Positions 1-13,068 of a stretch of 64,000 nt of DNA are shown piece after piece (position 1 is the stretch's first letter; each line of letters starts with the position of its first letter). A model generated the notes under the pieces. The model saw only the letters and a program-made list of their open reading frames with translations, did not search any database and had not been told where the DNA came from. A program made the position numbers and the translations under genes. Source of the DNA: Bugula neritina (Eukaryota; Animalia; Bryozoa); assembly GCA_964035545.1 (NCBI GenBank), contig OZ037765.1, positions 26,721,504 through 26,785,503 of the forward strand, given 5' to 3'.

Positions 1-330
1 AGTTGGCAGTTAAAAAGATTCATGATAACATTCATTGTGATTATGCATTACCCTTGGTGTCATTATTGTTGTTAAACATCAACTTATTAACGGACAGTTG
101 ATTGATATTTGTTTTGACAAAAAAAGCATTAAGGGATGATTAAATATTTAGGTAAAATTTCACAAAATATATCTATTGACTATAAGCAAAATAAGTCATG
201 TCTAATCATATATCACTAGAAGTTGAAGTAATTGTGATTCAGTAGGCTCATTACGTAGATTGTGTAGGTTCACTCCAATTAGCTTAACGTTATGCTCATA
301 CTGACTGGGTATCTAATTACTTGTTTGAAG

Positions 331-3300
331 GACATTGGGCCAAAGGCTATTGAGGACAGAGAAGAGATTCTGTACCAAAAGGCTAGAGCTCATTGGACGC
401 AGTTACCCAACATGGTTATTCTGGGGACGGGTGGTGTTAAGCGGCTTCCGATATTTTCATTCATTGTACGGTGAGAAATTCAGATATAAATAAGGAAAGA
501 GTATAAATTCTACATTATTCATTTTTACTGTCAATTGATTGTAGGTATTTTGCATATTTTATGAGATTTATTCTGCTTATTTTTAGATACTACAACAATC
601 AGTCTAAGTATCTTCACCACAACTTCCTGGCCATCCTACTGAATGATATGTTTGGAATACAGGCTAGAGGTGGTTGTGCATGTGCTGGACCCTATGCTGA
701 AGTAAGCGTTGGCTCATTTGCTCTATTTATTTTCAATTTTAGTGAATATATTTTATGATACTAAAATTTTTGCAACATTTTTCCTTTACAATTTAATAAG
801 GTTACACAGCATTCAAATACATAAACTCTTTTAACCTTACAGGGTAGTACACTTAAAATTTGTCCAATAGCTATTTTAACTAGCTGGATATCTTGTAGGG
901 GCTTCTTGGAATAAATGGAAAAGATTTCACAGTTTTCCTTCAAAGCTCAAATTCAGACGACTCTCAAAACAGGTAAGTTGATGCAAAGAGATGTGTGATA
1001 TTGCTATTGCTGTGAAGTTGTGTATTCTTCATAGAAATGGTAGTTGTCTACTCATTTTAATGCTATCATAATTGTATTCGTTGTTCACAGAAGAGATTCG
1101 GCTAAAGTTGAAGCCCTTGTTAGTCAGTTTAATAGACTGAGTAGCACACTAGATCCTGAGCGGTAGGTAACACCAACCCTATATGTTCTGATGCCTGCTG
1201 TCTCCTCTATAGCTCACTAACAACTGCATGTTGTATTGCGGTTCTATCTAGTGGCTGAGTAACTAATTCATACTGACCTTGTAGCTGCATTGTCTCTTAG
1301 CCTCTACTAAGAAAGACAACCTGCAGACCTTAACTTAGTTTATGTAGATATAATTAGACCATTTGATGAGCTATAAATTTTATTTTCATTTTATAATTCT
1401 TATATGTGTCACAGCTTTATATAATAGTGTTGCTTTTAGAAACTTTTAGAAACTTAGATGGCTTTTAGTGAAATGCTGGTGGCTCTTAGTGCATGTAGTG
1501 TTTTGTGTGCTAGCTAACTCTCGTTATTCTATTGTACATAACTTTTACTATTCAATTCATTTTTATCCAATAGTGAAGCAGATTATGAGCAGAAATCACA
1601 AGAGAAAACTTCAGAAAGTAGTCCAAATCCAACTCGGTTAGAAATAATGAAGTGAGTGTTGCATTAGTGTCTATACTATACTGTACTTACCACATGTCAG
1701 TGTTGACGAGTCATATATTCCAGTGTTGAATCATATTATATGTTTGTGTTGAGTCATATATGTTAGTGTTGAATCATATATGTCAATGTTGAGTCATATA
1801 TAATGTTAGCATTAAGTCATATATGTTTGTGTTGAGTCCTATATGTTAGTGTTGAGTCATATTCTGGTAACAAGTGTTAATGATTTAGATGACAATCTAC
1901 ATCTTTTTATTTATCAACTCGTTTAAAAAAAGTGATCAGAAATAATTTGAAAAAATACTATTGCGAACTGAACCTTAATAGCCCAACTCAGATAGTACAC
2001 AAAAGACCATTAAAAGTTTCAAAGAATGGATTATAATCAAAAATGTTGAACTTTTCATTAAATGTGTATTTGTAGATAGTAATATTTGTCCCTTGTTTTA
2101 TAGACCAGGATTTGTGAGGCTAAACTTACCATATTTCATGAACACAGATGAACTGAATTATATCACAGAAGCTGTAGATTTGTTGAGTCAACATGCCTGG
2201 AAAATGTTACCTTTCGTGAGTACATTCACTGGTTTAGCTAGCTAGCTCTGTTTTCAAATAGTTGTATTATAGTTTATTTAAATATGCATTTCTTACAGTC
2301 TCTCCTTTAATTATGATGTCTTTTTCTTTTAGTACAAATTTGATCCGAGAACTGGTGTTTGGTCAAGCAGAAGACACACTAACTCTATCATGTGTTTGAC
2401 CAACGTGAGCTTCCAAGATAGAATGACTCTCTCCGAACATCCTAAAAAGCCCCGAGTGATAAAGCTAGCTCGAAAGTATTTTGAGGTATGTTGCTTTACC
2501 AACCATGAACTAACAATGCTTTTATTTTTTAGTTTTGATTATTCACTCACTGATTTATTTAGCTAGATGTAAGTGCATGTTATGCTAAACCAAATTGATG
2601 CTTTATATTGAAGGAGTGCCTTTCTGTTGCCAAAGATATCTTCAATAATGCACCAGCAGCTTGTAAGGTATGTTTCTATGTATTCATAATTATGTGGAGA
2701 CAACTTTAATGCTTCTAGAAAGTCATTTTTTATCATTCTACTACTTTTAAATGAAAAAATATTGGGTGTGGCAAAGTACAAATAACAATCTCATTGAAAG
2801 TAATTTAACTATGTATCTGCCTTGTGGGTAATGATTATTATGGTGGCAGTATTATTATGAAAGGATAATTTGTGTTTAGGATATAGATATGACGGGTGAT
2901 GAGAAGTTGAAAGACATCCTTCCTGCAGACAAGAGTGAGTTCTGTTGGTTTGTTGAGCCTTGGGAGGCGGCAGTTGATCTGGCTTTGGAAGGTACCAATT
3001 ACGGTGAGTGTTTTACTTACTGTTTTAGTTGAAGGCATTTACATACCCACAAAGTTTATTCCTTATTTTGAAAAAGCTCACACATGCTTTTTAAGTTGAC
3101 ATTTCTGTGGGAGCCCCTGATAGTAAGCGGTTTCTTTTGCCGGCTAAGGACTTGTTTTTACCTTAAAAAAGGAGCAGAACTTGTGATTGAATGGCCTTCC
3201 TAATTTCACAACTGGCCTTTACCGGGATTCAAACCACTGACATTGTGTTTACTATGTCAGTGCTCTAGCTCTTGAAACTACAGCTACTCCTATTTATTAA

Positions 3301-3592
3301 AGCCTACCTATAATATTTTATTCTCTTTTTCAAAAATCTATTGGTATGATCATTGTTATTTGCAGTTCCTTCAGTAACAAAAAATAGTAAAAGGAGAGGT
3401 CGTCCTGTCTTCAACCCCAGACAGATGAGTGTTTTTAAAAGAGCTTCTATTTCTAAACGAGGAATTTTCAGCTCTTTCAAAAGACAAACTTCAAACAGTA
3501 GTCAGGCAACCAACGGCACCCGAAAATCTGCAGCTACGATGTCGATAATTGAAGAGGAACACAGTGACGGCAACAGCACACTTCCCAAATAA
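331..3592 (+). CDS. Class-V aminotransferase / cysteine-desulfurase-like PLP enzyme, 3' part (5' exons outside window). Exons 331-470, 587-701, 899-972, 1091-1162, 1574-1651, 2104-2215, 2333-2485, 2614-2667, 2880-3003, 3366-3592
   Basis: All junctions are AG/GT and the frame is continuous to TAA at 3590-3592. The joined protein contains RLPIFSF...YLHHNFLAILLNDMFGIQARGGCACAGPYAEGLLGI...EIMKPGFVRLNLPYF...WKMLPFYKFDPRTGVW...WFVEPWEA, the C-terminal motifs of the 'probable cysteine desulfurase' aminotransferase-V family. Confidence 0.88.
1694..1862. repeat. Intronic minisatellite, about 8 copies of a ~20-bp unit (GTTAGTGTTGAGTCATATAT-like)
   Basis: GTGTTGA(G/A)TCATATAT recurs at roughly 20-bp spacing. 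Confidence 0.85.
3086..3290 (-). mobile_element. tRNA(Thr-AGT-like)-derived SINE copy, ~200 bp
   Basis: The reverse complement reads GGAGTAGCTGTAG...CTGACATAGTAAAC...GGTTTGAATCCCGGTAAAGGCC...AAGTCCTTAGCC...ATCAGGGGCTCCCACA, co-linear with the copy at 7304. Confidence 0.7.
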
Positions 3593-4932
3593 TCAATAAA
3601 AACTCTTTCAGTAAACATTAAATTTTGTATTGGTATAGTATATCTCTTATAGCAGTTTTATTGTATAATCAGATACTTTTTTTATAAGTTGCAATAATAT
3701 TTATTTAGTTATATGGTATTCAAATGTATTTAAGTAACAAACTCAAGGAAAATTCTATTTCCTATAATTTTTTATCATTTCAATCTCACTGATGTGATCA
3801 CTCACTCAGGATTTGTATTTATTTTATGCATAATTAGTATGTTATAGTATATTTTTGCTATTTTACATAAACAAGTTGCCAAATGATTTTTATGTTAATT
3901 ATCTAAATAGCAGACAAAATATTTATTCTTTACTCTTTTACTCTATTACATATCAGTTTGCAAATGATCAGGTGCAACTATTACCAAGGTCCTATTTTTA
4001 ATAAATGTGAATTCCTGAAAAGGTGGTACTTATATAGTTTGCAAAAAATTTGTTCATACTTTAGATGGTCCGATATAGTTAAATGTGCCCTGCCATGCTA
4101 TGAAAAAATATATATGGATTGGAGTAGCTCCAGACTATAAGAGATATATTTAAATTTTGTTACTAAATACATATTTGAATGTTGAATAAACCAAATATTC
4201 TCACTGTTGAGTTACTAGCAGTACCACAGCATAGGGCTTATAATAATAAAATACAAGCTGCTAGTGGGAAGACAACTCTCAACTGGATTACTGGTTTCTG
4301 TTGATGTTAAACCTATATTATAGGTTGAAAATAACAATATTCTAAAGAATGGAGAAGAACGTGCAGTTAAAAGGTTAAAGGTACATAAATCACTCTGTGT
4401 GTTGCAGCTGATAGTATGCTAAAATGGGGGGAGGTTAGGGGTTTTTGCACTCAGTGACCCCAAACCTTGCACTGCATCTAGCTACTCCCTTACAGCCAAT
4501 AGGAGAAAGGCATGTCACATATCAACTAAGTGCTTTATAATTTATTGGCATCAGTAGCAGTTAATGAAACACTAATCTATCATAACATAAATTTAAAGGA
4601 GAAATACAGTTTTTTGTTCAATGTGTAGACTAATACACAAAGGGAGGCACCACATCCGTCTCAGATAAAGGTGGTGCCTCGTTTATTATTTGAACTCTAT
4701 ATTTGAAGTACTTGTGCTTTATTGCAAAACACAATCAAATGTGTCACTTGAAAAAAATATATTTGTATATAAGAAAGATTATAGTAATGAGTTTTTGACA
4801 AGTTATATTAAATGCTACATTTATTATAAAAGCAAACAATAAACGAATCATTTTAATTGGGCAGACTTGTAAGAAAATAAAGGTTGATGCCTGCTTTTTT
4901 ATGCATTAAAGTGGCATATTTTACTTCTCAGA

Positions 4933-5079
<147 letters not shown>

Positions 5080-5304
5080 CCAAGGAAGCAGTTCTTTTAC
5101 TAATGATTACGTACTATAATATAATACTAAAACAATATTTGCAGGCAATTTTATGTCAGTGTTACATGAATCGGTATTTTCTTTTACAATACCTGTTTGC
5201 TATAGGCTCAAAATAAATCACATCCGCATATAATATATACAGTATATGTCAATGCTTTGCCTAGTTATGTTAGGGTGGCTGTTGCCACAAAAATAAATTT
5301 CTAT

Positions 5305-8300
5305 CTACAATGTGGAGTTAGAAATTGTCTCACTGAGGGATATCATTGAAGCATTGTAATTATTATAACGAAATATGTGTGGTGCCCAAGTCATGGTAGC
5401 TAACATCACAGCTGCTAGGGAAAGTATGTTCAACACTGCTCCTGCCTTAATCTAAAAATAGAAATGATCAGTAGAGACAAGCGGCCCAAAGTTTTTTATT
5501 AAATTTCCCATCAATACAATTAACGCGCTACACCTTTGGCATCAACCTGAAAATTATATAATCAGCACATTAAATGCTTCAACCAGAAACGCTTATTGAA
5601 AACCCAGTCATCGTAACAGCTAATTAACAATAAAATCAAATTAACAATCATTAACCTTTGGTGATGTATAATATTTGAGGCCTTTAAACAAGAAAATTAA
5701 TTTAATCTAGTAGATAAATACTTTATACTTACATATAAAACAGAGCTCTGACAATTATTTCAAAGGACAATATTTACCATATCAGATATTTTGAGCACAC
5801 CAGATGAGTAGACAATAGCATTAGGAGGTGTGGCCACTGGCAACATAAAAGCAAAGCTGGCAGCGATACAGCATGGGATTATGAAGTATAACGGGTTCAT
5901 TGACATCCGTATTGCCTGCAAAATAATCGCATCGCAGTAAAAATAAAACCATTGTATTGAAAAACTTCACAACTTTAAAATATATGCACATATTGCTTAG
6001 TTTAGAATTTTAAAAAAAATTGAGCATGCAAATTAACCAATAGTTATTAAATCAAAGTTCATGTATGATGTATGTTACGTATATTTAAAAAAGAGAAATC
6101 ACAGAAAGTACGATGCTAGAACTTGGAATCTGAAAATTAATGTGGTGGTGATAAAGCAATGGCATAATGCTTATAGAATTCTGAGCAAGTAAAAATTTTC
6201 AGCGCAAATAACTCACAATATCGCCAACAATGGGAATCATCAAGGTAGCTATGACTATGTTTCCAGCAAACTCCGTCAAACTTGCAGTTGCAATGCAAAT
6301 AATGAGTACAATAGCTGCAGGAGGGAGTCCAGATATACTGTATAGAGACACTCCTATGGCTTCCGAAAGTCCAGATTTCTATAAATAGCATGCAAAATCA
6401 TTCATTTTACAAACTATCATAATGTATCATGCTTGGAATAATATATTTTATTATTAGTATATTAGTATGCTCAATCACATCATCTTATATTAGGTATTAG
6501 ATTTTTTGCTCCTAAACTATATTATGCCAGTGATTTAGTCGTCAGATGAATAGGTTTATATATTAAGTTGATGTATGAAGCTACATATTTTTTCCATTTC
6601 AATTTGTTTTGCATGCTAGCAGATAGCGATGAAAATACTAGATGTTTAATATGTTTACATCTTTCTGCTTAAATACTTGCAACATAACAAAATATGTAAA
6701 ATCCTAATAGTATCACATAAATAGGTGAAAATATTTCACTGATTAGCTAAAAGAATTTAATATAAGAATCTATAATAATCAGCAATGCCAGCTACTAATC
6801 ATAAGGATTGAGTTTTAATACATAAAATATAATGTATTTAGAAATAGATATGATATTTTAATTGATTTTAGACATTTTATGCTTCTTATTTCCATTAAGG
6901 TAGCATAATAATTTTTTTCTGTTTTATTGAACACCATGGTTAAGTAATTTTGTGAATACCTATTTTGTAATATAAAGCAATAATGGAAAACCCAAATCAA
7001 GTAGACTAATGTTGTTGCAATGTAGAAGTTGGTTGATCGACTTACATAAACACATTCTGCGAGAGCTAAGCCTCCACCCAGTAGAAGGATAACATTCCAT
7101 GACACACTGGATAGCGCTGTTTTCCAAGAGATAAGAGACTCAAATGGTTTGCCTCTTTTTGGGAAAAACAGCCGTGGAGGGTATTTGGGGAAAAGGGAAA
7201 TACTAAACATGACAAACACAGCTGTTGTGCCATCAGTCACAAACCTGCAGAGATATTAAAAGATAATTAATTGCACAGCAAACAGCAATGATATATACTA
7301 TTTGGAGCAGCAGGTCTAGGGGTTAGAGAGCTGACTTAGTAAACCCGAAGTCATGGGTTCGAACCCCAATAAAGGCCATTAATTGGTGATGCTATGAAGA
7401 GCATTCAGTCATAATTGCTCCTGTCTCACATACGAATAAGTCCTTAGCCCGCTTTAAAAATAACCATTTCAATCAGGGGTTCTCACAAAGATAGTGAATA
7501 TAAACTTTCATGAGTTTTATATAAGTATTTGTAATTTGTTTTGAAATATAATAATATGATTATTAGCAGCAGAAACTTTTGTATCTGAGAGTGAAAAGTC
7601 ATGTGTGTAAGTTGGATAATTTAGAATTCAGCTTAGCCATTCTAAGCATTCCATAAACTCATTGGGTAACTGAGACAGAGAAGTTGCATGTATGTCTTCG
7701 CAGAAGCTAACTACTCTGATAGCTAATAGAAAAGTGATTGTTGCACTTTGGACTACCACTTTCTATACTCTGTAGTATATTTTATATGTGTATTCTATAA
7801 TGGGAAACTATGCTTTTAGCATCATAACAAAGTATAATTTTGGTGTGTGGGCTTGTTGCAAAACATTCCTTATAGAAACTTTCAACAATTACGGTTGCAC
7901 AGCTTTTAATTCTATTACTTGAGTGTAGTTGAATACTATCTGTTTTATACATACTTTTTAGGGAATAGTTGACCCCACCCACCAGCTTTTCCTGGATCTC
8001 TAGCTAACCAAAGTATCACTAAAACTAGAAAATGTCCCAAAGTAACTCCTTCCATCCAAGAGAGTTTACCTAAAGTTGCATACTCGGTATTTATCACTTG
8101 CGACACCTTGGCCTGGTCTTCAGGGGTCATGTTTGTTGACCTCCTAGAAATAGAACTAATACAGTTATATAATGACTCATGGACAGTAACTATATTGTAT
8201 TATTAGTAACTATATACTGTATTATACTGCAGCTATATGTGTGTTTTCTATATATAGGTTACACACTATATATAAAACGAAGCTACAATAATATAAAATG

Positions 8301-10682
8301 TCTGTTGAAATTAACTTTAAAATTATTTCATCAATTTCGTGTTATTTACTTTTACTTGAGTGTACATTGTATCATTGTGTCATATCTTCATATTAGTAAT
8401 ATTGTACGAGTACTCATGCAAAAATTTGAAAAGCTTGTTTGAATTTTAGTTATTATGGCAATTCGTTGTAGTTATCACCATAATTGTTTATTCATTTTCC
8501 ATCTAATGTCTTTTTAAGGCTATATCATAATAACGAAAAAATAATTTTAATAATTGTTTTCAAAATAAATATCAAGTTATTTTAAAAAGATCATAATTGT
8601 ACATTATGACTAATTTAGACCAAAACTATATTAAAAGCTAATTTGACAACACCGTCTAATAACTAAAGTTTAGATTTAGTTTAAGAACTCCTTGATTTAA
8701 TAGCCTATGTTTAAAAATAGCTAGTTGTAAGTATTAGTATAGATTTATATCATTAGCATATTAAAACTCACCTGATGCCAAGAAAAAGAACCTGGAGCCA
8801 AATCCAACAGATCAAAAGTAGAATAGCTGAAAGTGGTAAAGCAAAACCCATCCACCGTAACAGAGTTATGTTGAAGTCATAATTCAGCTTCTCTCCCAAA
8901 CTATATCAAAGTATAATGTTAAAATGTAAGATTAATTCGGTTTTGAAATACTTTTGCACAACTTTTGTGTTCCACCAGATATATAAAGCACAAGAAGTAG
9001 TATACAAAGTATGACAGAATGTCTATTGTAAACTCTAAGCCAAATACAGATAAATTACATTCGTAAGTCTAAATGTGTACGATTATATATTATAATTGTT
9101 TGTATGACATAATTCAACATAATAGGTTACCAATTTTGAACAAGACAGTAAGAAATTGATAGCTTAGCTGCCCCTCTATATATAAAATCAGGTACTATTT
9201 TTTTCTGAACTACATTACCATACTATACTGTTGCTGCTTTATATAATACATAATTAAAAAGAAGTATAGTAAGATGTAGAGTTTTCTAAAACAACATCAT
9301 ATGAAACTAAATCAAACACAGCTATTTCACATCTTTGACAGTAATGAACTACATAGGCCTGTTCTGCATTGACTGCCACAGCTCAGTATTATAGTAGCTA
9401 GTAGATTGTAAGTTTTACTGCATGTCCTCACTCTGTAATCATATCATAGAAGATAAGGTTTGTCCCTGTGCCGGTCAAGGTCGCGACCCCACCACATGTT
9501 GCCGAGTAACACACTGCCAGAGATAAACACTTGGCTGTTGGCTCAAATCGATTCAAGGATTCACTTTTTTCATGATGCTGACTCTGCTGTGAGCTTTCAA
9601 TGTCAGCGTCTAAATAATAACCGGTTCCTTTGAATACTTCGACTGTGTGCAGATGACTACAGGAATGTCTTTGAAATTATTATATTATTGAAATTGTTGA
9701 ACATTGATTACAAGTCAATTTGTGAAACATAAGCATTGCATATTATATGTTATATAATAGAGAAAAATATATGTGAACAATCCACACAGTATAAGGAAAA
9801 ACTACTACCATTATAGCTACCTAAAACAGGTTTTGGCAACATAATTTGCAAAATCAAAGTTCAAAGAGAGGAAAGTAAACCTAATATACTGGGTACCAGT
9901 AGATTAGCCATTCAAATTCAAAATTCTATAGCCTTTGATTTCTGAAAACTAACATGCGGTGAAACTATACATAGGTTTCAACAATGGGTTTGACATTCAA
10001 AACACACTGCTAGTATAACTAAAGATTGAAATGATACAATATTTGCTGAGTTTGGAATGATTTGATAAACACCTTCAACTGATGAGCTTGGTTTGTCTCC
10101 GGAACTCCCATTTTGTTCCGAATCCTGTATTACAGATAGGTTGAAAGTCTCCTGTTCACTGAGCTTGGTGATGACACAGTTGAGGATTGACACCATCATC
10201 AAGGAAGTAGCAGTGTTACTTATCCACATTGATAGCAACCATGTAGGCACCATAAACCCTTCATGCATACAAGTTTACAAATTATGTAATATACAAAATG
10301 CAATATATGCAACTTATATTATTCTGACTTATAACATAAGATGTGAAGATAACTACAGCAGCATTTAGGAGTAGTGGAGAAATTGAGATAGCCTAAGTTC
10401 TTTAACTTTATTATTAAATTTTAGTCTGGGGCATGGGTGTAAATTTTGTCTGAAACATGACTCCTTTTGCTACATTTTTAATCTACAGCACTACAGGCTT
10501 TTCTTAATTTCTCCATTACTGCACCTACCTCTACAGCAGCTACATTTGTCTATTTTGTAAGCGTAGGAAGAAACAAAGACTTTAGTCACAGTATTTTATC
10601 AAAGGTGTTTAATAAAAAAATAAATTGCAGTAGTAATTTGTTAGCCAGTTACATGACAGACAGGCCATAAAAGATTACATTT

Positions 10683-10764
<82 letters not shown>

Positions 10765-11796
10765 TTCCATGCTCCTAGCATTACTGAGCTGTTTGTAAAA
10801 TACGACTGAAAGGCTATGCCATAAAACTACTTGCTGACCTGTTTTGGCACACTTTCAAAAGATGTGTTTATATTTCAGAAAAATAATCCTTCTATACATC
10901 CAACTTACCAAGCATGAGAAATTGAGGTTTTATCCCAAATACTTTGATGAAAGTTAGAGCAATTCTTCGATGTAGGCCACTTTGTTGAATCGCTAAAGCT
11001 ACTATCATACTAGCAAACATCAGCACTATTATATCCTGTTATAAAACATTACACAGTATACATTACATATGCTTTGTACAAACATTTTTCCGTAAACTTT
11101 TTTATTTCTACATCTGCGTTGATGATAGAAACCTAACTTATGACTCACCTTGAAATATATTTTAGATACCGTTGCTGCCTCAAGAATACCCATAGTCGGG
11201 GCCAAGGCTAGAGGTATGAGAGCCGTCAGTCCAAGGGGTAAACTCTCAGTACACCAGTACACAGCCATCAGTAGCAACATATACAGACAGTTACAGGCCT
11301 ACAATTGTGTTGCATGCAGTGGGATACAGTGACTGTATACATAACATAGAATGTATTTACTGCAGAGAGTAGTTGAAGTATTTTTGATTTTGCAGAAAGT
11401 AGCTGCGGTTGAAGGCAATCACTTATTCTTTATTGCATATGTTGAGGTTTTTTGCTTTTTTCAATCTAATCTAAGTACCTTTCTTACTAGAGAACAGATT
11501 TGCTAGATTACATTAAAACACCGCAGCAGTAAATAAAAAGTTCCGTTATACCAAGCAAAACGCAGCATATACCAACATTTATAATATAAATATTGGAATA
11601 TTATTTTTCTGTAGGCCCAAGTAAAGCATTACATACAATCTAAAGTCTACTACTATACTTCAATTTAAACTTAAAGCAGCTGTACACTCACTCTCTGGGT
11701 TAGACCAATTTCCTTATACAGAGGTAGCAAAGGAACGAGTAGCAGAGGGGTAAGAACTAGGATGAGACTCCTTTTGTAGGACTTTAGACAGTCCAT
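5305..11796 (-). CDS. SLC13: SLC13-family (DASS; Indy/NaDC/NaCT-like) transporter, ~569 aa. Exons 11796-11692, 11298-11149, 11035-10909, 10258-10073, 9609-9432, 8900-8772, 8143-7955, 7244-7046, 6378-6217, 5915-5778, 5451-5305 (alternative ATG at 11817)
   Basis: GT-AG exons join in frame to 1710 nt. Family motifs include LTPLLL, MAVYWCTESLPL..TALIP, LHRRIAL, LSMWISNTAT, GGVATLTGTGTNL, VTDGT, WNVILLLGGGLALA and SFAFMLPVATPPNAIV. The subfamily or orthologue cannot be determined by eye. Confidence 0.93.
7304..7505 (+). mobile_element. tRNA(Thr-AGT-like)-derived SINE copy in an SLC13 intron
   Basis: A-box-like GGTCTAGGGGTTAG, anticodon-loop-like TTAGTAAAC and B box GGTTCGAACCC. The body is shared with the 3086-3290 copy. 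Confidence 0.75.
10686..10761. repeat. (GA)n microsatellite
   Basis: Directly visible. Confidence 0.98.
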
Positions 11797-12506
11797 CTTT
11801 CCTGAAGGAACTTTCATAATCAGCAAGCAGTCATGAGTTCTGATCTTCTCTATTTTTTCTAATGAATCGTTATGATTCACAGCAGATTTTGCCTAAGGGT
11901 TGAAAGGAAATCTGAAGCGTAAGTTTAAATTCTGTAAAATTTTAATATAATGGATGAGTGTGCAGTGCCTGAAGCATGAATTTGTTTACAACTTCATGTG
12001 AAAATATCTATAGCCTAAGTACCTGTTTTAATTAGATAGAGTACAATGCTATGATTTCTCATGCATGCAAATGGGAAATTATACACACCAGTTAGAAATA
12101 AAAATATGTAGCTATGACAATAAAAATTGTATTTTTATAATTAACTGCAACACCTGGACTGTATCAAACTCTGTACTATAGTCAAATCTTTTAGTAAAGC
12201 CTCAGTTTATATAAAACTCCCTCATTTTCTAGAAAAGGCAGCTGATTTCAGACTCAATTTACAAATCAATAATAGAAGACTGCAGAAAATTATAATGTAT
12301 ATAATCTGCACCGAAATTTAGTAATAGCTTCAATGAACCAAGTGTATTCAAAATATTTGAAAATTACAATAATCACTGGATTTAAAAATAATAAGGCAAA
12401 TATGTACCAAGAGATGACAAGATAGTACAAACTTGATGCTTAAGCAATTTGTCTATATACTTACTATTCAATTATATCTAATTCTATCTGTTTTATTATA
12501 ATATAC

Positions 12507-12599
12507 TTAAAGAATCCCTGACACACTTCACTTGTGGCAGTGCATACATATAAGAGTGTTATAATACTGCACAAGTGAAGTGTGTCAGGAATTCTTTAA
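12507..12599. mobile_element. Miniature inverted-repeat element with TTAA-AG...CT-TTAA ends (Kolobok-like)
   Basis: TTAAAGAATCCCTGACACACTTCACTTGTGGCAGT ... ACTGCACAAGTGAAGTGTGTCAGGAATTCTTTAA, an imperfect inverted repeat of about 33 bp. Confidence 0.55.
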
Positions 12600-12983
12600 A
12601 CTAGTTGACACTATAATACTGAAAAGTAGATAGTATTCAAACCTGTCCTTGTATTTAAAGGGATCTATCAGTAATAGTAGAAAATCCTCTTTGAAATGAA
12701 TTAAACACATTTTTGTGATGATGACCTTTATCACATGACTTGTTATATTCACAGACTATATAGCTGATAGCACATCAGATGGAATGCAACAGATGACAAG
12801 CAGGCAAAGTTAACATGAAATCAAGCCGCAGTTTTAATTGCTATTGAATACTAAATAAAGGCAGATGCTTATAGGTTAAGTTTTAGACTTTTATAGGCAT
12901 GCAAATCATCAGCTATATGCAGTTGTAGACAAGATCACTAACACTTAAATGCAATCAAGGCACTTGATTGCTGTTCAAACTTA

Positions 12984-13068
12984 ATGCTATAGGGTTATTT
13001 GGGAGAATGGGCTACAATTGGAATCTATATTGATGGAATTGTAGCCCATTCCTCCAAACCTTAGCATA
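12984..13068. other. Isolated ~85-nt stem-loop with pre-miRNA-like geometry
   Basis: TTTGGGAGAATGGGCTACAATT pairs with AATTGTAGCCCATTCCTCCAAA, with further basal pairing ATGCTA...TAGCAT. Confidence 0.45.

Noticed and set aside
1694-1862. CRISPR-like array
   Set aside because: The repeats are contiguous with no unique spacers, in a eukaryotic intron.
9610-9660. Upstream alternative acceptor for SLC13 exon 5
   Set aside because: With the phase-1 donor at 10073 it meets an in-frame TAG; the acceptor at 9609 preserves the frame.
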